Shown here: in pieces, positions 46,157 to 55,289 of the stretch
Numbering within the stretch: position 1 is the stretch's first letter
How the letters are laid out: each line of letters opens with the position of its first letter
Assembly (NCBI GenBank): GCA_044226625.1
Contig: JBGAGQ010000021.1
Span: 1 to 64,000, forward strand
Origin: Thermoanaerobaculia bacterium
Lineage (GTDB): Bacteria; Acidobacteriota; Thermoanaerobaculia; Multivoradales; UBA5704
Direction of reading: 5' to 3'
Length of the DNA stretch: 64,000 nucleotides
Notes under the pieces: model-generated
The model's database searches: none
Seen by the model: the letters and a program-made list of their open reading frames with translations, nothing else
What the model was told of the DNA's origin: nothing
Position numbers and translations under genes: made by a program

Positions 46157-46992
46157 AAAAAGGACTCCTTCGCCACCAGCACGTCTCCTTCGAGCAACGC
46201 GATGTCCTGATCCTTCCCCGCGAGGATCCGCTTGTAATCGGCCGTGATCTCACGCGGCCCACCGGCAGTCCGCTTGATCGTCACGCGGCTCGCCGCGCGA
46301 TCCGTGAGGCCGCCGGCCCGCGCGATCGCCGCGAGCAGGGTAATCCGGTCGGTGCTCTTGAACTCCAGAGCCCCCGGCCGGGCCACCTCGCCAAGACAGT
46401 AGATCGTCACCTGGACCGCGGTCGGGACGTTGATCAGGTCGCTCGCCAGGATCGGGATGTTGACCCGCGGGTCGGCGCGTACCAGGAGATCGGTGACGTC
46501 GATCGCAACCTGGTCAGAAAGCCCGTTGTCCGCCTTGCGCAAGACGTAGATCCGGTTGCCGTGGTTCTCGGTCAGACCGCCGGCGGCGGTCAGCGCTTCG
46601 ATCAGCGTCCAGCGTCCCGAGAATGCCAAATTTCCCGGGCTCTTGACGGCGCCGATCACCGAAATCGGCCGCGAGCGGAATTCCGTGACCTCGATCGAGG
46701 TGGACGCGCGCTGAACGTATTTCGCCTCGAGCAGCGCCTTCAGGCGAGCCGCCAGCTCTTCCTCAGTCAACCCTCCCGCGGGCACGTCGCCGATCAGCGG
46801 CAGGTTGATCGTGCCGTTTTCATTCACCCGGCGATCGACGTTTAGCTCCGGAACCTCATAGACCTGCACGCGAAGAAGGTCTTTCGGACCGATGCGGTAG
46901 CCCGGGTTTTTCGACTGGGCGCCAGCGATCGTCGCCCAGAACGCGAGGGCGAGAAACGACAGCAAGAAAGGCGTCCGTAAGGTCTGGCGCAT
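46153..46992 (-). CDS. wza: Short OPX polysaccharide export protein (Poly_export plus SLBB)
   Basis: YRIGPKD, GTINLPLIG, two SLBB-like repeats; ends ESFF; no lipobox. Confidence 0.9.
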   Translation of the reverse strand: MRQTLRTPFLLSFLALAFWATIAGAQSKNPGYRIGPKDLLRVQVYEVPELNVDRRVNENGTINLPLIGDVPAGGLTEEELAARLKALLEAKYVQRASTSIEVTEFRSRPISVIGAVKSPGNLAFSGRWTLIEALTAAGGLTENHGNRIYVLRKADNGLSDQVAIDVTDLLVRADPRVNIPILASDLINVPTAVQVTIYCLGEVARPGALEFKSTDRITLLAAIARAGGLTDRAASRVTIKRTAGGPREITADYKRILAGKDQDIALLEGDVLVAKESFF

Positions 46993-47207
46993 GGTCGACC
47001 GGATCGTGTCTATTGCATTCTCGGGCGCATTATCAGGCGCATCGGCGCTTCACGGGTTTCGGGCGCGCGATCGAAGGGTTGGGGGCGCGGGACTCGGCAT
47101 CCTTGGCATTGTGCCGCAAACCTGACGTTTCAATTCAAATTCTATGCCCGAATCTCCCCGAACGCCAAAAGATGCGGGGGCGATTTGCACCAGCGACCAC
47201 CCCTCGC

Positions 47208-48530
47208 CTACCAACCCGTTTCACCTCCGCGAAATGTGATGCCGGCGCCCACCGTCGTGACCGTGCGGTCGAAGCCCGGCAGATCCGACGTCAAATCGAG
47301 CCGGCTGAACCGCAGACCGAGGGAGGACGCCCGTCCGGTCACCAGATCGAGCGAAGCGCCGTACGCGAGGAGATCGTCGCGCCGCTCCGGCGTGCCCGGG
47401 GTCGCCACCTGGTAGTCGTTGCGCCCGGTTTCGACGAAAACGCGGGCGGAGGTCCGCGAGCTCGCCTTGAACTCGAGTGCCCCGCCGATCCGATCGTCCT
47501 TCAGGTAGGAGTAGCCGGAAGCGAGCGTGTAGACGATCCCCCGGCTTCCGTAGACGAAGCTCGTGAGGCGATGACCGATGTCGAAACCCGCCGTGAGCTT
47601 CGCGGTGGTCGAATCGAACGGCACAAAGCTGGAGCCCGGCCGTGGGTCCGCCGAGCGGGAAGCGATCTCGATATCGAAGAAACGACGGTCGTTCTGCTGG
47701 CGCAACTGGAGGAACGGTGAGGTGCCCTCGCTCGAACGGTCCACGCTGCCGGGGGATTTGACGAAGTCGATGATCGCGCGCTCCGCCCCGAGACCGATCG
47801 AAAAACCGCGCGGCAGGCTGTAACGCGCGCCGGCTCGCACGAGGGTCTCGTCGCGATCGAAACGGTCGAACGGCGCCTCGCCCGCGGCCAACGAAACGTC
47901 GGTGCGCAAGGCGACCTCGTCAGCCCCCGCGAAGACGGAGATCCGATCCGTGACCTGGAGATCGAGAAGCACCGCACCTCGTGTGACCTTCGGCCGGGCG
48001 AGGATTGCGACCTCCGGAGAGAGGAATGCCTGCTCGGCCGTCCGCTCGCCGGTCGCCTGGACCGTGAGGCGATTGAAGAATGCGAAGGCCCCGACGCCGT
48101 AACGCCCGCCGAGGCGCCGGCGATCCGCGGTCTTCTGCCACCAGACGTATTCGGGCAGCGCGCGCACGACCCAGTAGACCTTGGGGCCGGTATGGAAATA
48201 CGCCCGGACGCCCGCGCCCATCGACGCCGTGATGTCGCCTTCTTTGCCGCCCCCGCTCTCGCCGAACGCGTTGTCGACGTATTGGATGTCGCGAAGCTCC
48301 CACCAGGGAGCGATTTTCACCGGACCGAGATGCCATCGGGCCTCGTCAGCCGCCTTGTCGAGCTGACCCTTCCGATCAGCGGGCGGCTGAACCACCCCCC
48401 CCGGAGGTTTATACTCGTCGAATTGCGCCAATACAGGGGCCGCGCTCGACGCCGCTCCGAAGAAAACGAGGAGAGCGAGCAGACGGCCGAACGGCCGGCG
48501 GTTCGGGGTTTGGAGCTCTTGCACGGCCAC
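47208..48530 (-). CDS. Outer-membrane beta-barrel protein
   Basis: Signal peptide; alternating amphipathic strands; terminal GAGITF strand. Confidence 0.75.
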   Translation of the reverse strand: MAVQELQTPNRRPFGRLLALLVFFGAASSAAPVLAQFDEYKPPGGVVQPPADRKGQLDKAADEARWHLGPVKIAPWWELRDIQYVDNAFGESGGGKEGDITASMGAGVRAYFHTGPKVYWVVRALPEYVWWQKTADRRRLGGRYGVGAFAFFNRLTVQATGERTAEQAFLSPEVAILARPKVTRGAVLLDLQVTDRISVFAGADEVALRTDVSLAAGEAPFDRFDRDETLVRAGARYSLPRGFSIGLGAERAIIDFVKSPGSVDRSSEGTSPFLQLRQQNDRRFFDIEIASRSADPRPGSSFVPFDSTTAKLTAGFDIGHRLTSFVYGSRGIVYTLASGYSYLKDDRIGGALEFKASSRTSARVFVETGRNDYQVATPGTPERRDDLLAYGASLDLVTGRASSLGLRFSRLDLTSDLPGFDRTVTTVGAGITFRGGETGW

Positions 48531-48590
48531 CTCCGACCCCGGATCTCAACCGGCGGCCGGCCGCCCGGGCGTCTTGGGAACGATCTTCTG

Positions 48591-50072
48591 ATGATACGCC
48601 AAGCGGAATGGCTGGTGGCCGGTGCGCTCGCGCTCCTCCTGATCTGGGCGCCCATCCCCTTCGGCAGCGTGACCCCGATCGCCGAGGCGACGCTCTCGAT
48701 CGCCGTCTTCCTGATCTTCGCGCTGTCGCTCGCGGGAGCCGAGGCGCCCGGAGCTCTCCGGCGCTCCGTCTGGCCGATCGGCGCGCTCGTCGGCATCGGC
48801 TTCTGGGGGACGCTCCAGGCGCTGCCTTGGCCGCGAGCGTTTGCCCGGCTCGTCTCGCCGGAGCACGTCCGGCTGTTCGACTCCGCCCGCCAGCTACTGG
48901 GCTTGCCCTCCGGATCCGTCCCGCTCTCGCTTTCGGCCGGAGAGTCGTTGCGGACAGCGCTCGCTTTCGCGGTCGCCGCGGCGGCCTTTCTTGCCGCCGC
49001 GGCTTGCGGGCGCGACCGGAGGCATCGCCGCCTGCTCGCCTTCGGGCTGGTCGCCTCGGCGATTTTCCAGGTGCTCTACGGCGCCCGGCGCTGGTTCGCC
49101 CACTCGAACGAGATCTGGGGTCGCGAGGTCCCAGGGACGAGCGAGCGCCTGCGCGGCACCTTCGTCAATCCGAACCACCTGGCGTTCTTCCTAGGCCTCG
49201 CCCTGCCGGCCGTGTTCGCCTGGGGATGGTGGTCGTTCCGCCGGGCGCGCGAGGAGATCCAGATCGAACGGCGGGTGCTTCTCCTGGCGCCACCGATCAT
49301 CGTCTGGCTGCTCCTGTTCTCGGGTCTCGCCTTCACCGGCTCCCGCGCGGGAATGCTCGCTTCGTTGATCGCGGTGGTGGCCCAGGGCGCCCTTCTCGCG
49401 GCAGGGGAGAAGAAGCGCCGCTGGATCGCCGCCGGCGCCCTCGCCGCGGCGACCGGGCTGATCGTGGTCGCGGCGATCGGCCGCCAGGAGGGTCTCGGGC
49501 GTCTGATCGGCCTGTCGAGCGGCGCGGGCGCGCGGATCGAAGCCTGGCGCGCGACGCTCGAGCTGATCCGCCGTTTCCCCTTCGCGGGGAGCGGCCTGGG
49601 CTCGTTTCGCGAGGCGTTTCCCCTCGTCCAGCCCGCGTCCCTCCCGGGAACCTGGCGCCACGCCCATAGCGATCTGCTGGAGCTGCTTGCGACCGCCGGG
49701 GTGATCGGCGCCGTATTGGGCGGCATCGCACTCGTCCGGCTGGTTCCACGCCTGCTCTCCGTTTTCCACCGGGGGCGGCGCTCGGAGGACCGGGCGGCCG
49801 CGCTCGCGGCGTTCGGCGCTCTATGCGCCGCAGGGCTTCATGAGCTGGTCGACTTCAGCTTGACCCTTCCGGCCAACAGCTTGGCCGCCGCGGTCCTATT
49901 CGGCGCGGCCCTCTCCAGCCGGCGGAGCGAGAAGGCGCACCGCGGCGGGCGGAACGGGGCCGCCGTTGATCGACGCGAGCTCGAACAGATGAAGACCCGG
50001 CGAGATTCGGACCGGGACCTTGAGCGTCTCGTGGGACGTTGCGACGAAGGTGCCGACGAAGCTTCCGTCTAA
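48591..50072 (+). CDS. O-antigen ligase / Wzy_C family protein 1
   Basis: GTFVNPNH, TGSRAG, GSGLGSF, HAHSD; multiple TM helices. Confidence 0.88.
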   Translation: MIRQAEWLVAGALALLLIWAPIPFGSVTPIAEATLSIAVFLIFALSLAGAEAPGALRRSVWPIGALVGIGFWGTLQALPWPRAFARLVSPEHVRLFDSARQLLGLPSGSVPLSLSAGESLRTALAFAVAAAAFLAAAACGRDRRHRRLLAFGLVASAIFQVLYGARRWFAHSNEIWGREVPGTSERLRGTFVNPNHLAFFLGLALPAVFAWGWWSFRRAREEIQIERRVLLLAPPIIVWLLLFSGLAFTGSRAGMLASLIAVVAQGALLAAGEKKRRWIAAGALAAATGLIVVAAIGRQEGLGRLIGLSSGAGARIEAWRATLELIRRFPFAGSGLGSFREAFPLVQPASLPGTWRHAHSDLLELLATAGVIGAVLGGIALVRLVPRLLSVFHRGRRSEDRAAALAAFGALCAAGLHELVDFSLTLPANSLAAAVLFGAALSSRRSEKAHRGGRNGAAVDRRELEQMKTRRDSDRDLERLVGRCDEGADEASV

Positions 50073-51482
50073 CCGGATCTCGACGACGGCGCTCCCCGTG
50101 TCGAAGCTCGGGACCTCGACCGAGATCCCGGCGGCGGTCCGCGAGGCGACCAGCTCCAGCCGGAGGCGTCCGCGCCGTTCCACCCAGGCCCCCGCCGACC
50201 ACGTCTCGGCCGACCGCAGACGGAGGCTGTCGGAATTCGGGGGCTCGTCGAGGGGGGGCAACGGTACGGCGAAATCTCCGCCGGCTTGACGCTCGAGGCT
50301 CCGAGCGAGCTCGTCGTCCCCCGCGGCGCGGGCCACGGACGCCGCCTTCGCCGGATCCCCCTCTCCCGACAGCCTCGCGAGACGGGAGAGCGACGCCGAG
50401 CCGATGGGACAACGGCCATACCGGCAACGGTCGAGGATCCAATCGAGCGATTCGGCCAGCGATTTGGCGGTCGCCACGCCCACTCGGCCGGCGGGGCTCT
50501 CGTCGAGCGCCCGGGCGAGCAGCGTCTCGCCGGAATCGGAGTCACCGGCCTGGGCGACCACCGCGAGATAGCGCTCGCGGCCGCCGTCCACGTTACCGCG
50601 CCGTACCTCGCGCCTCGCTTCCTCCAGGGTCACCGAAAGGCGGCCGGAGAGCGCATGCCGAAACCGAACGCGTGCATCCCGCATCGCCTGCCAATCGCGG
50701 CGTTGAGCATAGACCTCACGAGCCAGTGCCCAGGCGTCCGGATCCTCCGGGATCGCGGTGAAGGCGAGGCGACGATCCCCGGCCGCGGCCAACCACGCGG
50801 GCAAGAGATCCTGACGCGCGTACAGGTCGGCCAGGCTGCGGCGAATCAGCCCGAGCGCGACCCGACGTTTCTCTGGCGACAGCACGGGCCAGAGGCGAGT
50901 ATAGGCGTGGGCGAGCAACACCTCGGGCTCGAACCGCCCCGGAGCGAGCTGCCGGGCGACCTCCATCGGCGCTTCCCAATCGCGAAACTTCCGGATCAAC
51001 CGATCGTCCTCCGTTCGAAGACGGCCGACGAATGTGGCGCCGCCGATCACCAGGGGGCCCTCCCAGGCGGCCGGCCGCGCGGCGAACGAGCTCGCGGCCC
51101 TCTCCGACGCGGCAGCCATCCGGCGCGCGCTCGCGGCGGCGTCCGACCGGGCGGCGGGCGAGCCGGGGGCAACGTCGGGTGGCCGGCGCGAGAGCTCCGC
51201 TGCGAAGACACCCCGTGCGGCGCGCAGCCGCACGCGCAGCGGATCGGCCTCGCGATCGACCTCGGCGAAGAGGCGCTCTGGCAGTTCGAGCGTCGAGCCC
51301 GCGAGAAACTCGCGAGCACGCTCCTGCTCCGCGAGCCAAACTCGCGCTGAAAACGCCGACGCCACAGCGAGGCCGAGCGCCGTCAGGGCCAGCGCGGCTC
51401 GAAGCGCGCCCAAGCTGGGGTACCGATCGGCGGGAAGGCCGGCACCGGACGAAGATCTCGAAGAGGAAGCCGGGAAGGGCAT
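49896..51482 (-). CDS. Membrane-anchored hypothetical protein (helical repeats plus C-terminal beta domain)
   Basis: 528-aa ORF, N-terminal TM, protein-like composition. Confidence 0.7.
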   Translation of the reverse strand: MPFPASSSRSSSGAGLPADRYPSLGALRAALALTALGLAVASAFSARVWLAEQERAREFLAGSTLELPERLFAEVDREADPLRVRLRAARGVFAAELSRRPPDVAPGSPAARSDAAASARRMAAASERAASSFAARPAAWEGPLVIGGATFVGRLRTEDDRLIRKFRDWEAPMEVARQLAPGRFEPEVLLAHAYTRLWPVLSPEKRRVALGLIRRSLADLYARQDLLPAWLAAAGDRRLAFTAIPEDPDAWALAREVYAQRRDWQAMRDARVRFRHALSGRLSVTLEEARREVRRGNVDGGRERYLAVVAQAGDSDSGETLLARALDESPAGRVGVATAKSLAESLDWILDRCRYGRCPIGSASLSRLARLSGEGDPAKAASVARAAGDDELARSLERQAGGDFAVPLPPLDEPPNSDSLRLRSAETWSAGAWVERRGRLRLELVASRTAAGISVEVPSFDTGSAVVEIRLDGSFVGTFVATSHETLKVPVRISPGLHLFELASINGGPVPPAAVRLLAPPAGEGRAE

Positions 51483-51510
51483 GGGATTTGACGTCGCTAT
51501 AGTAACGAAG

Positions 51511-51942
51511 ATGCACTTCGCCCCTTCATCCCTTCTTCGGCGCGCGACGACGGGCGCCCGATCCGCTCACTGGCTGTCCGGCGCGGCCGGAGTCGTGGTC
51601 GGCGCACTCCTCCTCGCTCCGGCTCCGTCGGGGCCTCCAGCCTGGATCGCCGAACAGATGCCGAGCTTTCTGGTCAGCCAAATCGACAAAGCCGTTCACG
51701 TCGGCCTCTTTTTCGCCCTCGCCGGGATCTGGTTCCGCTCGTTCGAGCGCCTGCCCGGCTGGCGTCGGCCGGTCGCCATGGCGGTGGGGCTCGCAGTCGG
51801 ATACGGCGTGCTGCTGGAGCTTCTGCAGGGTCTCACCCCCGACCGGGCTCCATCGCTGGCCGATGCTCTGGCCGATCTGTTCGGGGCGTCGCTGCTCGGA
51901 CTGCTCGCGTGGCGATTCCATCGGCCTCAGGAGTCGACGTGA
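51511..51942 (+). CDS. VanZ-like membrane protein
   Basis: DKAVHVGLF, ELLQ..R..DALADLFG; start uncertain. Confidence 0.85.
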   Translation: MHFAPSSLLRRATTGARSAHWLSGAAGVVVGALLLAPAPSGPPAWIAEQMPSFLVSQIDKAVHVGLFFALAGIWFRSFERLPGWRRPVAMAVGLAVGYGVLLELLQGLTPDRAPSLADALADLFGASLLGLLAWRFHRPQEST

Positions 51943-53180
51943 GGCGGGCTGGGATCCGCTTCACCCCGCCTCACCTCGCGAGAGAGCTCGCCGTCCCGCT
52001 CGCTTGGATCCTTTCCCGCGCCTTCGGCCCTCCGCCCGCGCCGACGACCCAGCCGGTGCCGCTTCCCGCTCCCGAAACGGCGGTTCGGCTCGCTCGCCGG
52101 CTGGGCGTCTCGGCACGGATCGCGGCTCGGAACGACCGCGCGCGGCTCGTCGCGGAGCTCGGTGAGCCGGCCGCGGCCCTCCAATCCGACCTGCGCCAAA
52201 ACGCGGCGGAGAACTTGCGGCTCGGTGCCGCTCTGGGCGCAGTCGCGGCGGCAAGCGCCCAGGCGGGAATCCCGATCGCTTTCCTCAAATATGCCGCACT
52301 CGACCTCTCCGGCTTCCTGTCCCGTTCCGGACGGAGCGCCTCGGACCTCGACGTGCTCGCGCCTGAGGGACGCGAGGGCGAGCTCTCCGGAGCGCTCGCC
52401 GATGCCGGCTTCGCGATCTCGCGCACCCCGGGCTACGAGCACCAGCTCCCTCCGCAGATCCATCCCCAGCTTGGCGCACTCGAAGTCCATCGGATCGTCC
52501 TCGGCGTCCGGCCGAACCGGGAAACCGGCGACCGCCGCTCGGCGACGCTCGAGACCTTGCTTGCCTCCGGCCTCCTCCGCCGGGTCGACACTTTGCCGGG
52601 GGTGGTCTATCTGCCGGTCCCCGACATTCTCGCGGCCCACGCGATCGTTCACGGGATCGGCCAGCACGGATTCGAGCCGTCCGCCTATCCGGCGCTCCGG
52701 ACGTTCGCCGACCTGCTCGATCTCGGAGTGAACGGCGACTCTGGTGCGGTCCGGAGGCTGCGCCTCGCCGGCTGGCTTGCCGAAGACGTGGCCGAAGAGG
52801 AGCTCGAGGCGGTCGCCGATCTCTGCGCGGGGCTCGGCTCAGGGAACGTTCAAGCGGTAATGGCCGGGGACGGCCCTTCCTCACGTTTGCTCCGGCATGC
52901 GCTGGCGGGGCGCCTCGATACCGATTATGAGAGCGCTCTGAAGCTCTCGCTCCTCGCACCCCGGCCGACCGAGCGGAGCCCCCTCGGCCGCAAGGGCGCG
53001 GCCCTGGTCGCCGCTCTCTTTCCTCCCGCCGACCAGCTCGACGCGATCTACGGCCCACCGTCCGGCCCCCTGGGACGCTTCGGCCGTCGGCTCTATCGCC
53101 CGCTCGATCTCCTCGCCCGGGCCGCCCGGAGCGCGGGTCGCTCGCGCCGCCTTGGCCGGGTCGATCGATCCGACCGTTGA
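51939..53180 (+). CDS. Uncharacterised nucleotidyltransferase (NTP_transf_5-like)
   Basis: AFLKYAAL..RSASDLDVL, LEVH; GTGA overlap with VanZ. Confidence 0.8.
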   Translation: MRRAGIRFTPPHLARELAVPLAWILSRAFGPPPAPTTQPVPLPAPETAVRLARRLGVSARIAARNDRARLVAELGEPAAALQSDLRQNAAENLRLGAALGAVAAASAQAGIPIAFLKYAALDLSGFLSRSGRSASDLDVLAPEGREGELSGALADAGFAISRTPGYEHQLPPQIHPQLGALEVHRIVLGVRPNRETGDRRSATLETLLASGLLRRVDTLPGVVYLPVPDILAAHAIVHGIGQHGFEPSAYPALRTFADLLDLGVNGDSGAVRRLRLAGWLAEDVAEEELEAVADLCAGLGSGNVQAVMAGDGPSSRLLRHALAGRLDTDYESALKLSLLAPRPTERSPLGRKGAALVAALFPPADQLDAIYGPPSGPLGRFGRRLYRPLDLLARAARSAGRSRRLGRVDRSDR

Positions 53181-53328
53181 TCCCATCGCCGACCCGCTCT
53201 TGGGCCGAGAGTGGTACCACCTGCGCCGGAGAGTCCCGGAGGTTGGGGGAGCCAAACCGCAGGACCGGCGGGATGGGTGAGACCGGGAAATCGGGGGACC
53301 AGGAAACGCTGCGATAGCATCGGACCGC

Positions 53329-54609
53329 ATGAAACCCGCTTCCGCCACCGCTCCGGCCGCCCCTCCGCTCGCGGTCGTCGCGATGTGGGGGTTGATCTAC
53401 GCAGTGCCGCTTCTCGTGATTCCGGGGCTCCACGAGTCGTTCCGGGCGCCGAAACTCCTCCTCGGCGAGCTCCTCGCTCTCATCACGCTCCTCGGTCTCG
53501 TCTTCGTGCTCCGGGGCCGCACCCTCGATTGGCGCACGGCCTGGAAGCGCCCCGAGATCCTCGCCTCCGCCCCGCTCCTGATCCTGTCCGCCGTAAGCCT
53601 CGCGACCACCGCCCACCCGCTCCACGTTCGAGCCGCGCTCTGGAGCTTGACCCTGGGAATCGCCTGTCTGGTCGGATGGACATCCGGCTTCGATCGCGCG
53701 CAGAAGGAGCGCTTCCTCGAGGGATCGCTCCTCCCGGCCACCCTCTGCGCTTTGCTCGCGATCCTTCAATTCCATCAGCTTTGGGAACCGCTCCGTTTCG
53801 CCGGCATCGCCTACGACTCGCGATTGGGCGTCACCGCGCTCGCGGGTAATCCCGGCGATCTCGGCGCCTTCCTCGTGCTCCCATGCCTGATCGGGTTCTG
53901 GTATCTGCCGCGGCTTGCCGGGCGGCGTCGAATCGTCGTGGCGATCGAGACCGGTCTCTGCCTCTACGCCCTGGTCGCGTCGCAGACCCTGGCCGCGCTG
54001 GTCGCCCTGGGAGTAGGCACCCTGACGTTCGCCGCGGGAAGCCTGCCGCGCCGGCGGCTGGCGCTGGGGCTCACCGCACTCCTGATCCTCGGCTCCATCG
54101 CGCTGATCGGGGTGCCACCTCTTCGCCAACGGGTCGCCGGAAAGCTCCAATCGGTCTCCGCTGGCAATTGGAATGCCCTCCTCACCGGCCGGCTCGACGG
54201 CTGGCGCGCCGCGCTCTGGATGTGGAGGGAGAACCCCTGGACGGGTGTAGGGCACGGTGCCTACCGGCCCGAGTTCGTGCCCGCAAAGCTCGCGCTCGCC
54301 CAATCCGGAACGCGATTCTTCGAGGAGCACAACCAGCCGGTGTTCGGCAACGCTCACAACGAATTTCTGGAGGTCGCCGCCGATCTAGGCTGGCCAGGAG
54401 TCCTGGCCCTCGCCTGGGGTCTGGGGGTCCTCGGCTACGTCGCCTTCCGTCGCGCCCACGGCGAGCCGCGCGATCGGGCGTTTTTCCACGCCGGCCTCGC
54501 CTCGTTCGCTCTTCTCTCGGCCGCGTACTTTCCGTTCCGCATCGCCCTGGTGGCGTTCCCCGCGCTGCTCTTCATAGCCTGGGGGCTCGACGCCGGGGAG
54601 GAGGTCTGA
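53329..54609 (+). CDS. O-antigen ligase / O-oligosaccharyltransferase family protein 2
   Basis: GNPG, R..W, PWTGVGHGAY, NAHNEFLE. Confidence 0.88.
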   Translation: MKPASATAPAAPPLAVVAMWGLIYAVPLLVIPGLHESFRAPKLLLGELLALITLLGLVFVLRGRTLDWRTAWKRPEILASAPLLILSAVSLATTAHPLHVRAALWSLTLGIACLVGWTSGFDRAQKERFLEGSLLPATLCALLAILQFHQLWEPLRFAGIAYDSRLGVTALAGNPGDLGAFLVLPCLIGFWYLPRLAGRRRIVVAIETGLCLYALVASQTLAALVALGVGTLTFAAGSLPRRRLALGLTALLILGSIALIGVPPLRQRVAGKLQSVSAGNWNALLTGRLDGWRAALWMWRENPWTGVGHGAYRPEFVPAKLALAQSGTRFFEEHNQPVFGNAHNEFLEVAADLGWPGVLALAWGLGVLGYVAFRRAHGEPRDRAFFHAGLASFALLSAAYFPFRIALVAFPALLFIAWGLDAGEEV

Positions 54610-55128
54610 ATGCCGCGAAAAAAAGGACCTCCTCGGGCGCCTGAAGCCGCCAAGGGCGGTGGTTCCCCGGCTCGCCGGCCTGCGGCGGGAGCCCTGTTCT
54701 GGGTCGCGCTGGTCCTCCTGAGCGCCGCTCTCGCGGGCCAAATCCGGCTCACCGTGTCTCGCCTCGGCGCCAGCCGTGCGCTCGACCAGGTCGAGCGCCG
54801 CTCGAAAGCCGCACTGTCGGTCGGGCGATCGTCGCGGACCCTCTTCGCGGAAAACCTGCAGCTGCTCCGTCGGGCCGCCCGCCTCGACCCCCTCGAGCCG
54901 GGAATCCCCATCGCCCGTGGCGCCCAGCACCTTCTTCTCGGCAGCGCCGAAGCCGCCGAAGAGGCCTATATCGAGGCCCTTCATCTAGAACCGCGGCCCG
55001 AGATTTATCTGAACCTCGGCCGCGCCCAACTCCTCGCCGGTACTCCGGACGCGGCGCGCCAGAGCTTCTCGACCGCGACGAAGCTCGACCCTCACCTCGC
55101 GCCCTACATTCCCCCTGCCGGCCGATAG
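54610..55128 (+). CDS. Membrane-anchored TPR protein
   Basis: GGAGGAGG RBS; one TM; TPRs (YLNLGRA..LDP). Confidence 0.8.
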   Translation: MPRKKGPPRAPEAAKGGGSPARRPAAGALFWVALVLLSAALAGQIRLTVSRLGASRALDQVERRSKAALSVGRSSRTLFAENLQLLRRAARLDPLEPGIPIARGAQHLLLGSAEAAEEAYIEALHLEPRPEIYLNLGRAQLLAGTPDAARQSFSTATKLDPHLAPYIPPAGR

Positions 55129-55289
55129 GAGCCCCCGCCCCCGCCAAACCGGGCGCTTCCGCTCGCATAGATTCCCAGGTATATTCCAAAATTGGGGTGG
55201 CATCTCGGCGCGTCGGCCGGCCGCCCCGGAAAATCGTTCTTCGCAGCCGGAACCGACGCCGCCTCGAATCGGGGCAATGAGGAGGCTTC

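Noticed and set aside
51939-53180. Lasso peptide cluster (this NTase family often occurs in them)
   Set aside because: No cyclase, B protein/PqqD or precursor recognised.
54607-54660. Selenocysteine readthrough at TGA|ATG (selA is in the window)
   Set aside because: No convincing SECIS hairpin, no redox-motif context, and a strong RBS explains reinitiation.
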